A stretch of 64,000 nucleotides of DNA from a virus. Shown piece after piece: positions 1-8,501 of this stretch. The notes beneath the pieces were generated by a model. That model ran no database searches, was not told the DNA's origin, and saw only the letters and a list, made by a program, of their open reading frames with translations. Location of the stretch: IMG/VR virus record IMGVR_UViG_3300021426_000096. One strand, given 5' to 3'. The position numbers and the translations under genes were made by a program. How positions within the stretch are numbered: the stretch's first letter is position 1; each line of letters opens with the position of its first letter.

Positions 1-66
1 CATTTCAGGATCAATAACATCCTCATCAATGCAAGAAAAATGTTTAACAAATAAAAAGTAATTAAT

Positions 67-345
67 ATGTTTGGACTTATTTTAGCACTTATTGCAGTAA
101 TCTGTTGTACTGCTGCATCTATTATGGATTTTGTCAATGAGCAATATGGACTGGGTATTCTCTTTGCTTTCCTGGCCATTCTTAATGGTATCTTTTTAGT
201 TGAAGATATTAAGAAACTCAATGCTCCAAAGGAACTCCATAGGGAACAGATTGAAAATGTTGTGAAGTATGATATCGATTCCACAACTGTCATAAATGGT
301 ATTGATACTACCAAGACTTATACAATCTATTATTATAAGTATTAA
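67..345 (+). CDS. small membrane protein
   Basis: 92-aa ORF with two hydrophobic helices (LILALIAVICCTAAS, GLGILFAFLAILNGIFLV). Confidence 0.45.
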   Translation: MFGLILALIAVICCTAASIMDFVNEQYGLGILFAFLAILNGIFLVEDIKKLNAPKELHREQIENVVKYDIDSTTVINGIDTTKTYTIYYYKY

Positions 346-348
346 GAT

Positions 349-801
349 ATGAGACCTGAAAATAAGAATATATTACAAAAAGGTGTGAATGCTCTCAAAG
401 CACTCCACTTTAATCCAGAAAACATTATGGTGACTGGAAGTGTTGCCCTTGACATTCTTGGGTTACTTCCTCCAAACAGAATCTCACATGATGTTGATTT
501 TATCATCAAGACAGATGACACAACCTGGAAATGTATGAAACTCATTGAGGCAATGAATAATCCAGAAGAGGATAATATGAATAGTTATCCCGGAAGGAAG
601 AACATGATTTTTCTCAATGTAGATGGAACAATCATCAACATATGGAGACATACTACTTATAATTATGATTGGTCTACCATTAAAGATTCTGAAACTGGTG
701 TAATGGTTGCTTCAGTAAATCACATCATAAGGGCAAAAAAAGAATATGGAAGACCCAAAGACTTTTTGGACATCAATGAAATTGTAAAAAACCTATTATG
801 A
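349..801 (+). CDS. minimal Pol-beta-fold nucleotidyltransferase (uncertain subfamily)
   Basis: MVTGSVALDILGL...SHDVDFII matches the GS-x(n)-D-x-D nucleotidyltransferase head motif; 150 aa. Confidence 0.4.
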   Translation: MRPENKNILQKGVNALKALHFNPENIMVTGSVALDILGLLPPNRISHDVDFIIKTDDTTWKCMKLIEAMNNPEEDNMNSYPGRKNMIFLNVDGTIINIWRHTTYNYDWSTIKDSETGVMVASVNHIIRAKKEYGRPKDFLDINEIVKNLL

Positions 802-1049
802 ATAAGATAAATCCTAATGAAAGTGATTTTGTAAAAGATAAAAGAAAAAATCACTGTAAAGGATGTATGAATGAAAATGGATATTGTTCAGCATGTGAAG
901 TCCTTAACTGTTGGTTAAGAAAAACATATCTTCCCGAAGGAGAATGGTCCAGAGCAAATATGGATGACATAACCTGGAAGAATGTAAATGAACTTTCCAA
1001 TGAAGTTGATAAGAAAATAATGAAAGAACTTTCAAAAGATGAAGTTTAA
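798..1049 (+). CDS. Cys-rich zinc-finger small protein
   Basis: CKGCMNENGYCSACEVLNC; ATGA overlap with the upstream stop. Confidence 0.45.
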   Translation: MNKINPNESDFVKDKRKNHCKGCMNENGYCSACEVLNCWLRKTYLPEGEWSRANMDDITWKNVNELSNEVDKKIMKELSKDEV

Positions 1050-1254
1050 GTTCAATGGAGGACACGGTGCCATCCTTTGTGAAAGATGTGGTGTCATCCT
1101 CAAACAAGGAAAAGATATCCCAGAGTATGTCTGGGAAGCAGTAAAGAATGGGACAGTGAAAGACCTGCCCGGGATGTACTGTGAGGACAACTGTGAGAGA
1201 AGTAAAATGATTCTTGGTGACCTCTATACTGGTGACACAAAAGATGTTGAGTAA
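1039..1254 (+). CDS. zinc-ribbon small protein
   Basis: CERCG...MYCEDNCE Cys pairs; 71 aa. Confidence 0.45.
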   Translation: MKFKFNGGHGAILCERCGVILKQGKDIPEYVWEAVKNGTVKDLPGMYCEDNCERSKMILGDLYTGDTKDVE

Positions 1255-1266
1255 TAATCAGAAAGT

Positions 1267-1686
1267 ATGAATAAAAATTTGAAATGTGACCATAAGGACA
1301 GGATAAGACTTGACCTTGTTTCAGGAAATCCCAACTGGTGTCTTGCTCTTGGAGAAAATGGTGGGACAAGGATTACAGATAACAAACTTTGGGGATTTGG
1401 TAGAACTGTACACTCCATTACCATCTCCAGGGAAAGATTGAAACACCTCATTGAAGGAAAGGACAAAGTGACTTTTCAGTTTGTTGACTATGGCAGTAAA
1501 GGGGTTTATCTTGATGGTGTCAGGATTAGTGCAACAGGTAAGAAGACTGATTATGATTCCTATATTAAACTGAAAGAAGAACAACAGAGATTATTGAATA
1601 AGTGCTGGTCTAAAAAGAGATACAATGCTTTATGTGATGACACTTGGTTTGTTGTTAAAACTAAAAATATTAAAGAACTGTTATAA
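1267..1686 (+). CDS. hypothetical protein
   Basis: 139-aa ORF in the compact + strand series. Confidence 0.5.
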   Translation: MNKNLKCDHKDRIRLDLVSGNPNWCLALGENGGTRITDNKLWGFGRTVHSITISRERLKHLIEGKDKVTFQFVDYGSKGVYLDGVRISATGKKTDYDSYIKLKEEQQRLLNKCWSKKRYNALCDDTWFVVKTKNIKELL

Positions 1687-2492
1687 TGTATTTCAAAAAT
1701 CTAAAAGAAAAGTGCGAATTTTATCGTTCACTCACAGATTATAAGTTGATGCCAAACTCTTATGTTCTGGTTATGGTGGATGGTCACTGTTTCAGCAGAC
1801 TCATCAAGAATAAGTTTAAGAAACCTTTTGATGACAAGTTCATCCAGATGATGAATGAAACTGCCAAGTATCTATGTGAGGAGGTTCAGGGTGTCAAATT
1901 TGCATACACCCAGTCTGATGAGATTTCTCTTCTCATCACTGACTTTGAGACTCCTACCACAGACTCTTACTTCAGTTTCAGACTCTGTAAGATGCAGTCA
2001 CTCATTGCAGCAGCGGCCACTGCCAAGTTCAACCAGATGTACTACAAACTGGTTGATGGTGTGAAGGATGTACCTCTCTGCACCTTTGACTGTAAGGTAT
2101 GGACTGTTCCAAATGCCAATGAAGCATATGCCTGGTTCCTTTACAGGCAGAATGACTGTATCAAGAACTCAAAGGCACAGACTGCACAGACCTATATCCC
2201 TCACAAGCAACTGGTTGGTCTCACAGCAGATGAGATGATAACCAAACTCAAGAATGAGCAGGGTATTGACTGGTATGAGTTTGAAAATGGTAAGAAGTTT
2301 GGTAGACTCATCAAGAAAGTGGAGACTCCTATGGAGAAGGATCTTCCAAATGGTCAGCATGTCAAGTTTGTAAGGAATGTATGGACTCCTGTCTCTATGA
2401 CTGACATGAAAGAGGATGCATCACCGGTGAGGGAACTGATACCAGTGTTCCAGAGTCCTGTTTTAAGTCTTAATGATATTTTAGGAGAATGA
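1686..2492 (+). CDS. Thg1-like protein (tRNA-His guanylyltransferase family 3'-5' nucleotidyltransferase)
   Basis: Aligns with the Thg1 core by eye: SYVLVMVDGHCFSRL..FKKPFD (YVVVRLDGRNFHRF..FAKPND), AYTQSDEISLL (AYGQSDEYSFV), CTFDCKVWTVP (PGFDGRVVVYP), WFLYRQNDCIKN (WRQADCHINN). Confidence 0.8.
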   Translation: MYFKNLKEKCEFYRSLTDYKLMPNSYVLVMVDGHCFSRLIKNKFKKPFDDKFIQMMNETAKYLCEEVQGVKFAYTQSDEISLLITDFETPTTDSYFSFRLCKMQSLIAAAATAKFNQMYYKLVDGVKDVPLCTFDCKVWTVPNANEAYAWFLYRQNDCIKNSKAQTAQTYIPHKQLVGLTADEMITKLKNEQGIDWYEFENGKKFGRLIKKVETPMEKDLPNGQHVKFVRNVWTPVSMTDMKEDASPVRELIPVFQSPVLSLNDILGE

Positions 2493-2866
2493 TAATTGCA
2501 ATTGATTTTGACGGGACTTGTGTGAAGCATGCATATCCCAAGATTGGTGAGGACATTGGTGCTGTCCCTGTACTCAAAGAGTTTGTTAGACAAGGTCATA
2601 TGTTGGTACTCAACACAATGAGATCAGGTCAACTCCTGAAAGAGGCGGAACAATGGTTCAAGGACAATGGCATTCCGCTCTATGGATCCAACCATACACC
2701 TGGACAGGAATCCTGGACTGAATCAACCAAGGTCTATGCCCAACTCTACATTGATGATGCAGCACTTGGTTGTCCAACCAACTATGATGGAATCAACAGA
2801 CCTTATGTTGATTGGAGGACTATTGCTCAGGCATTTGGTTACAAGTATGATGAACTTCCTAAATAA
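2489..2866 (+). CDS. small HAD-superfamily phosphatase
   Basis: MIIAIDFDGTCV (motif I DxDGT), LNTMRSG (motif II), LYIDDAALG (motif IV DD); start overlaps the Thg1-like stop. Confidence 0.55.
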   Translation: MIIAIDFDGTCVKHAYPKIGEDIGAVPVLKEFVRQGHMLVLNTMRSGQLLKEAEQWFKDNGIPLYGSNHTPGQESWTESTKVYAQLYIDDAALGCPTNYDGINRPYVDWRTIAQAFGYKYDELPK

Positions 2867-2874
2867 TTTTAACA

Positions 2875-3528
2875 ATGGTTAACAGGTATTATAATTTGAT
2901 GCTTGATGTCATTGATGAACTCAAAGACATTGAGAACAGGAGGTTTGCAAACTCTATACTTAACAGAGTTCCTGATTACTTCTTCACTGTTCCTGCATCC
3001 TCATCTGGTAAATATCATCCCAAGAATGACCTGGGCGAGGGTGGATTGGTAAGACACTCAATCAGTGTAGTAAGGATGCTTGAACATCTTGTAGAACCAG
3101 AAGGATACTTTGATTTTGATGAGGAACAGCTTGACTGCCTCAAGATTGCTGCACTGTTCCATGACTGCATGAAGTCTGGTACACAGGAAGAGTATGAGAA
3201 GAACTCCTGCACAAAGTTCCTTCATCCACTCTATGCTGCCAACTTCATTATGACTGTTGCCATTGAATGTGGGTATCCTTATGAGAAGGCAATTTTCATC
3301 TATGATGCAGTCATTGCTCATATGGGTCAGTGGAACACCAACAAGAATGAGGTTGGTAGTAAACTTCCAACCCCAGTATCACCCGGACAGAGAATCCTTC
3401 ACCTGGCAGACTATCTTGCATCAAGGAAGGACATCAATATAACTGTTGAAGAGGATGATGATGAGAAACCAGATTCACCAGTGGAGACTGTTGAAACTGC
3501 AAATGAAGTTGTTGATGAAGGTGTTTAA
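2875..3528 (+). CDS. HD-domain phosphohydrolase
   Basis: SSGKYHP...LVRHS...AALFHDCMK...YDAVIAHMG give the H..HD..H..D metal ligand pattern. Confidence 0.65.
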   Translation: MVNRYYNLMLDVIDELKDIENRRFANSILNRVPDYFFTVPASSSGKYHPKNDLGEGGLVRHSISVVRMLEHLVEPEGYFDFDEEQLDCLKIAALFHDCMKSGTQEEYEKNSCTKFLHPLYAANFIMTVAIECGYPYEKAIFIYDAVIAHMGQWNTNKNEVGSKLPTPVSPGQRILHLADYLASRKDINITVEEDDDEKPDSPVETVETANEVVDEGV

Positions 3529-3550
3529 CCTTTGCGACGACGATGTACGA

Positions 3551-3584
3551 AAAAAGGAGAGTGAATAACTTCACCCTCCTTTTC
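3551..3584. terminator. bidirectional rho-independent terminator between convergent genes
   Basis: aaaaAGGAGAGTGAAtaacTTCACCCTCCTtttt hairpin flanked by A-run and T-run. Confidence 0.6.
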
Positions 3585-3587
3585 ATT

Positions 3588-3881
3588 TTAAGTACACTGA
3601 TTTTCTTCATCATATGGATCACTATCTGCATAATCCTCTCCTTTTGGAATTGGGTCTTTAAACCTTTTCTCAAACACACCTATACCCAAGAGAGCAAATG
3701 CACCAATCATCATAGTCATAATTGCTTCACCAAGCCAAACTGCCTGAACATCCCTGAATATACTTATTACAATAACTGTAAGAAGTGTAAGAAGTATCAA
3801 TACACCAAGCACACGCTTTGATGATATACGTCCATTGGCACCAGATAACATCGAGCCCCAAAAACTATTCTTCTTTTTCAT
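3588..3881 (-). CDS. small two-TM membrane protein (holin-like topology, speculative)
   Basis: Minus ORF taken from MKKKNSFWG; the upstream extension in the ORF table overlaps the + promoter. Two hydrophobic helices; only minus-strand gene in the first 45 kb. Confidence 0.4.
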   Translation of the reverse strand: MKKKNSFWGSMLSGANGRISSKRVLGVLILLTLLTVIVISIFRDVQAVWLGEAIMTMMIGAFALLGIGVFEKRFKDPIPKGEDYADSDPYDEENQCT

Positions 3882-3918
3882 ATTGTTATATATTTGTTTG
3901 AAATATTTATGAAAAAAA

Positions 3919-3950
3919 TTTGGATATATCAAAAAAATGTTGTATCTTTG
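3919..3950 (+). promoter_or_regulatory. Bacteroidetes sigma-A type promoter (-33 TTTG / -7 TAtcTTTG)
   Basis: TTTG 3919-3922, TATCTTTG 3943-3950, 20-nt spacing, ATG at 3978. Confidence 0.65.
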
Positions 3951-3977
3951 TAGTGTCAAATAGAAAGAATAAAGTTA

Positions 3978-4180
3978 TGACGAAAGAAGAAATTTTAAAT
4001 AAAGTAAGAAATATAACAACCACTACAGAAAGAAACAGTATGGGTTGTTCTGAGAACTGGTACAACTGGTTCTATGCTTTAAGGGAGACCTTTGGAATTG
4101 AGAAACTGGAAAAGATGTCAGAAGAGGAGTTGAATGACCTCTTGAAACTGGCAGAAGTATTAGCAGATGCATTTTATTAA
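3978..4180 (+). CDS. hypothetical protein
   Basis: Start set at MTKEEIL downstream of the promoter; the 5' extension in the ORF table runs through the promoter. Confidence 0.45.
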
Positions 4181-4195
4181 ACTGTACTAACTATA

Positions 4196-4468
4196 TTGTT
4201 GGATATGAAGACTGATAAAGAACTCTACCCTATCTTTCAGGTTGACACCTGTATCCAGTCATACTCCATTGAGTACACTCTGATTGGTGCCAAGGATTTG
4301 GAGGATCTCCTCCAGCATCTCCCCGACATCTTGAAAGAGATGGATAAACCTTACAAAGAAAGGAGACAGTTAATGAAGGAATACAAAACCTGGCCTCCTG
4401 AAATTATTGAAGGTGCTTACACAGACAATCCTTATGAACCTCTGTCCACCTTTGCCTATTATGAGTAA
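4196..4468 (+). CDS. hypothetical protein
   Basis: 90-aa ORF. Confidence 0.5.
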   Translation: MLDMKTDKELYPIFQVDTCIQSYSIEYTLIGAKDLEDLLQHLPDILKEMDKPYKERRQLMKEYKTWPPEIIEGAYTDNPYEPLSTFAYYE

Positions 4469-4471
4469 CTG

Positions 4472-4488
4472 ACGACTACGAACAACGA
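4472..4488 (+). repeat. RCGA-triplet intergenic motif (ACGA-ct-ACGA-aca-ACGA)
   Basis: Immediately 3' of the 4468 stop. Confidence 0.7.
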
Positions 4489-4505
4489 AAAAATACAGAG
4501 AGTTA

Positions 4506-4670
4506 TGTTTAACATTTTTGAAAAAGACATGAACACTGGTAAATCCAAGTTCTTTGTGAAGGTATCCAGCAGGAAAGAAGCAGAATCCCGGGTAAGGGAG
4601 ATGAATGCTGATTCCCTGTTTGAAGATAAGTTCTACTTCTTCAAGGAGGAAAATTCAAAAGATGAATAAC
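4506..4670 (+). CDS. small hypothetical protein (54 aa)
   Basis: ORF MFNIFEKDMNTGKSKFFVKVSS... below the 60-aa cut-off of the track; fills a gap. Confidence 0.3.
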
Positions 4671-4775
4671 TTCATACATATAATTTTTGTATTCTCCATT
4701 GTATGCTTTGGATGTGCTGTGTGGGTGTACTTCTATGCAAAAAACCATGACAAGCATTAAAAAAGTGTAAAAAAA

Positions 4776-4807
4776 TTTGGAATTATCATTTTTTTCTTGT
4801 ATCTTTG
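4776..4807 (+). promoter_or_regulatory. Bacteroidetes-type promoter repeat
   Basis: TTTG 4776-4779, TATCTTTG 4800-4807. Confidence 0.65.
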
Positions 4808-4827
4808 TATCAGAAAGTAATAATGAT

Positions 4828-5157
4828 ATGAAACAGACCAAAAAAGAAATTGAAGCAACACTTAGAAATAAGATTTGCAAACAATACACATCAAGGATTG
4901 ACAGCCTCAATGAAAAGATTAAGACGTTGAGTGAAAATCTTATTGATGAGAGGAAAAAGAGGATTGAAATCCAAAAGAAGTATGAGGAGATTGAGGATAA
5001 AGTCCAAAAGTATGAAGACTGGAACAGAAGACTCCAGGAATTTATGGATATGAATGAAGAGGACAGGGAACTTGCTTTTGCTGAAATGAAAACCAATAAG
5101 AAACTTGGTGAGTTTGCAGATATGTGCAAAAATCTTTTTGGAATTATTATGTTTTAA
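4828..5157 (+). CDS. coiled-coil protein
   Basis: Start MKQTKKEIE after the promoter; K/E-rich heptad-like sequence. Confidence 0.5.
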   Translation: MKQTKKEIEATLRNKICKQYTSRIDSLNEKIKTLSENLIDERKKRIEIQKKYEEIEDKVQKYEDWNRRLQEFMDMNEEDRELAFAEMKTNKKLGEFADMCKNLFGIIMF

Positions 5158-5172
5158 AAAAACAAAAGTATT

Positions 5173-5358
5173 ATGAATGACAAGCAACTTTTTATTGAGG
5201 TGTTCAAGAACTTCCAGGAGAACTACTATGGTCTGGAAATGAAGGGTACTCTTGTTTATTACAAGGGTGAAGCCCAGTTCAACACTGATGGATACAATCT
5301 CTGTTATAACCTCCTTCGTCTCACCAAGATGCTAGAAGAAGCTGGTGAACTGAAGTAA
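5173..5358 (+). CDS. hypothetical protein
   Basis: 61-aa ORF. Confidence 0.45.
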   Translation: MNDKQLFIEVFKNFQENYYGLEMKGTLVYYKGEAQFNTDGYNLCYNLLRLTKMLEEAGELK

Positions 5359-5373
5359 AAACCATAAATCATT

Positions 5374-5586
5374 ATGAAACTCATTTATGTAAAATCCACC
5401 GATGGGACTGAACACTATATCAATCCCATTCATGTAGAAGAGGTCAAGGTTGTCAAGTCTGATCTCAGCAAAGATTGGTGTATTGCAATCTCCAGTAATG
5501 GAAAGGTACACACAATCCTCTGTAAAACCCAGAAGGAAACTAATGAAAAACTGGCAGAAATCAAGTCTGCTATGGAATCTATCTAA
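5374..5586 (+). CDS. hypothetical protein
   Basis: 70-aa ORF. Confidence 0.45.
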   Translation: MKLIYVKSTDGTEHYINPIHVEEVKVVKSDLSKDWCIAISSNGKVHTILCKTQKETNEKLAEIKSAMESI

Positions 5587-5635
5587 TCAAAAATATTCCC
5601 ATCCTTGATTTCCACTTTGTTCGGATGGTGATGTG

Positions 5636-5663
5636 GTGGCCAGATGCAAGCTGGCCACTTTTT
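5636..5663 (+). terminator. rho-independent terminator
   Basis: GTGGCCAG-atgcaag-CTGGCCAC followed by TTTTT. Confidence 0.55.
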
Positions 5664-5677
5664 GTTATATTTAATGT

Positions 5678-6541
5678 ATGATAATACCTCCAATAAAGAT
5701 ACAGGGTAAGAAAACCAAACTGGTTCCAAGAATTATGGAGATTGCCCAAGAACAACTGGATGAGCATCCAGAGATTGACACCTGGGTAGAACCATTCCTG
5801 GGATCTGGTGTTGTTGCTTTCAACTGCCCAAACAGAATCAAGAATGTGATAGTGAATGACATCAATCCTCACATCATCAAGTTCTACAAAGGGATTGCAG
5901 ATGAGGTCATCACTCCTGAAAAAATAAAAGAGGTCTTCACTGAACACAGTAAGAAACTTCTCACTGGTGGGAATGACTACTACAATGAGGTCAAGAACAG
6001 GTTCAACCAGACCTTTGAAACAATGGACTTCCTCTTTCTTACCAGAACCGGGTTCAATGGTGTGATGAGGTTTAATGGTTCCGGAAAATGGAATGTTCCT
6101 TTCTGCAAACTTAATGACAGACTCTCAAACAAGGTAATAGATGAACTTTCCAGGTCCGTAGAAGAACTTTCTCATCTGTTTGGTACAAAGACCTTCACTT
6201 TCTATAACACTTCATTTGAGAAGGTTTTAGAGGTATCTCCTGCCAATTCAATTTTCTATTGTGATCCTCCTTACTATGGTTTACAGGTCCAGTACTTCAA
6301 AGGATGGGGGAAAGAAGATGAAATCAGACTCAACCAGATGTTAAAGGATAAGGTATTCATATATTCAACCTGGCTCAATGATGGTATCAAAGACAATCCA
6401 ATGATTGATGAGTATTGGAAGGACTTTGAGGTTGAGAGTAAAGCGCACAAATACAATGTGGCAGAGAAATCCAGTGAGAGAAACCAAGTGGTTGAAGGAA
6501 TAATATATAAAAAAGTTGACAATCCCTATTCCCTGTTTTAA
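5678..6541 (+). CDS. dam: DNA N6-adenine methyltransferase, Dam / D12 class
   Basis: EPFLGSGVV (FxGxG AdoMet motif), NPHIIKFYK, CDPPYYG (DPPY catalytic motif), FLTRTGFNG. Confidence 0.85.
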   Translation: MIIPPIKIQGKKTKLVPRIMEIAQEQLDEHPEIDTWVEPFLGSGVVAFNCPNRIKNVIVNDINPHIIKFYKGIADEVITPEKIKEVFTEHSKKLLTGGNDYYNEVKNRFNQTFETMDFLFLTRTGFNGVMRFNGSGKWNVPFCKLNDRLSNKVIDELSRSVEELSHLFGTKTFTFYNTSFEKVLEVSPANSIFYCDPPYYGLQVQYFKGWGKEDEIRLNQMLKDKVFIYSTWLNDGIKDNPMIDEYWKDFEVESKAHKYNVAEKSSERNQVVEGIIYKKVDNPYSLF

Positions 6542-6545
6542 CACT

Positions 6546-6562
6546 ACGACTACGATTTACGA
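6546..6562 (+). repeat. RCGA-triplet intergenic motif (ACGA-ct-ACGA-ttt-ACGA)
   Basis: 4 nt after the dam stop, upstream of promoter 6604. Confidence 0.7.
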
Positions 6563-6603
6563 AAGATGAAGAACAAAAAATTCTTCATCTTTTTTCATTT
6601 TTA

Positions 6604-6635
6604 TTTGGATAATTCAAAAAAATCCATTATCTTTG
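6604..6635 (+). promoter_or_regulatory. Bacteroidetes-type promoter repeat
   Basis: TTTG 6604-6607, TATCTTTG 6628-6635, ATG 6658. Confidence 0.6.
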
Positions 6636-6657
6636 TAGTGTAAAAAGAAAACAAGAT

Positions 6658-6981
6658 ATGAAGCACACTTACACAATCCTTCAACTTGATGATGAAAACA
6701 TCAATGTCCTCAAAGACCACAAACTCTTTGAGTCCTGGGATATGCTCAACAAGACTGCTGGTCTGAATAAGCATCAGTACAAGAAGGTGTATGATGGTGA
6801 GATTGAATGTGAAGGTCTCTGGTTAGTCCTTGAAGAACTCTTCAAAATCTTCAACACCAATCTTCCCGAAGATTATTCAGGAAGATCTATGTCTACCTCT
6901 GATATTGTCATCCTTGATGGTGTTGAATACTACTGTGATGACTATGGGTGGGTAAACATTGAAACTGGCAAGAAAATCTAA
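6658..6981 (+). CDS. hypothetical protein
   Basis: 107-aa ORF. Confidence 0.5.
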   Translation: MKHTYTILQLDDENINVLKDHKLFESWDMLNKTAGLNKHQYKKVYDGEIECEGLWLVLEELFKIFNTNLPEDYSGRSMSTSDIVILDGVEYYCDDYGWVNIETGKKI

Positions 6982-6993
6982 AAACACAACACA

Positions 6994-7500
6994 ATGAAAA
7001 AGATTAACATCAGGATTATGCTGATCCTTTTAGTTCTTGCGATTTCGCTGACCGCAAACTTCTATGGTGCTCTCACTATGAAGCATCTGAAGAATGAGAT
7101 GTCTGGAACTGTTACAGACAATGTGAATGTCTCTGTCCATGACACTCTCTCTGACTGGAACACTCTCCAACTGGCCATTGCTATGACTGAATCAGAGTTC
7201 AACCCCAAGGCCATTGGTACATGTAAGGACTATGGGATTTACCAGATCACCCCTATCTATGTGAAGGAGGTCAACCGACTCCTTGGTGAACAGATATACA
7301 CACACAACCAGGCCTTTGATATTGAGAAGTCTGTGGAGATGTTCAACATCTTACAGTCCTACAAGAATCCTAAACAGGATATTGAAAAAGCCATCTACTA
7401 TCACAACAAGGCATCTTGGTACAAGAAGAAGGTACTGAAGAACTATGAGACTGTGAAGAGGTATGAAGAGTTGAGGTATGTACTTAAAAATCAGATTTAA
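6994..7500 (+). CDS. lytic transglycosylase (SLT domain) with N-terminal signal-anchor; candidate endolysin
   Basis: MTESEFNPKAIG...DYGIYQITPIYV matches the SLT ES..NP.A / GLMQ(I) catalytic region; N-terminal hydrophobic segment. Confidence 0.65.
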   Translation: MKKINIRIMLILLVLAISLTANFYGALTMKHLKNEMSGTVTDNVNVSVHDTLSDWNTLQLAIAMTESEFNPKAIGTCKDYGIYQITPIYVKEVNRLLGEQIYTHNQAFDIEKSVEMFNILQSYKNPKQDIEKAIYYHNKASWYKKKVLKNYETVKRYEELRYVLKNQI

Positions 7501-7502
7501 TT

Positions 7503-7784
7503 ATGAAAACAGTAACAAGGCAAAAGATGGTAGACTACAATGTCTACATTGCAAAGGATGGCCAGGAGTTCACCTCTGAAAGAGCATGCCTGGATCATGA
7601 GAAAATACTTGATGGTACAAGAAAGGTATGTCCTGATTGTCATGGTCAGGGTTATCATGAAGGTAGATGGATTCCTGCATATGACAACTATGACATTGGT
7701 CATGTAGAAGGTCATTATGAACACAACACCTGTCAGACCTGTGGAGGCAAGGGATATCTGGATAAGAAAGTAACCTGGGAATAA
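7503..7784 (+). CDS. DnaJ-type CxxCxGxG zinc-finger protein
   Basis: CPDCHGQGYHEG and CQTCGGKGY repeats. Confidence 0.5.
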   Translation: MKTVTRQKMVDYNVYIAKDGQEFTSERACLDHEKILDGTRKVCPDCHGQGYHEGRWIPAYDNYDIGHVEGHYEHNTCQTCGGKGYLDKKVTWE

Positions 7785-7796
7785 AAATCAAACAAT

Positions 7797-8213
7797 ATGC
7801 AAAAGAAAATTAGACACTGGAAGGTCATCAAGTCTGAACTATCCTACAAAGAGGCAATGGATATTTTCAAAGCCCAAGCAATTCAGGGTAAACTCTATGA
7901 CAACCTATCTGTCCGTGTTGGAGACCGGCAGTTCTTCAAGGGTGAAGTCAATCCTGCAACCCAACAGTACTATCCTTCTGAACTCATCTATGACAACTGG
8001 GAGGTTCTGATTCCTGACACTGATGAAGAAACAAAGTGTGAGAAAATCCGCCAAATGGTAAAGGATTCCAGCTGCTCTGGTCTCACCAATGCCAAGATTG
8101 ACAATATGACTGTCCCTGAACTCTTCAAGAGTATTATGAATAATCTGAATGATGACCAGAAGTACAGGGTTCTTGTGGCCTTCTATGACCAGAAGATGTA
8201 CAAGAAAAACTAA
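7797..8213 (+). CDS. hypothetical protein
   Basis: 138-aa ORF. Confidence 0.5.
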   Translation: MQKKIRHWKVIKSELSYKEAMDIFKAQAIQGKLYDNLSVRVGDRQFFKGEVNPATQQYYPSELIYDNWEVLIPDTDEETKCEKIRQMVKDSSCSGLTNAKIDNMTVPELFKSIMNNLNDDQKYRVLVAFYDQKMYKKN

Positions 8214-8235
8214 TTAGAATAAACAGTTATAAAGT

Positions 8236-8460
8236 ATGATTTACAAACTTGCTATCGGCCTATTACTGCTGGCCACAGTACTCTACTACATTTTCTGTTT
8301 CCTGGAAATCTTTGAAGTGGTTAAGTTCACAGACAAGAACACCACCATCAAGATTCCCCAGATGTTCATCCCCTTCTATTACCTCCTTCACAATGACAAA
8401 CCTGTGAAGGAAGCACAAAAGAGGCACAGGGTAAAACCTATTATCAAGAATGACAAGTAA
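8236..8460 (+). CDS. small membrane protein
   Basis: LAIGLLLLATVLYYIFCFL helix. Confidence 0.45.
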   Translation: MIYKLAIGLLLLATVLYYIFCFLEIFEVVKFTDKNTTIKIPQMFIPFYYLLHNDKPVKEAQKRHRVKPIIKNDK

Positions 8461-8501
8461 TTAACAAATAATCTATTAACAATTTAAAAACCAAAAAAAT
8501 T

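Noticed and set aside
4641-5187. Antisense ORFs 4641..5129 and 4891..5187
   Set aside because: Low-complexity Ser/Leu translation opposite the promoter-driven coiled-coil gene 4828..5157
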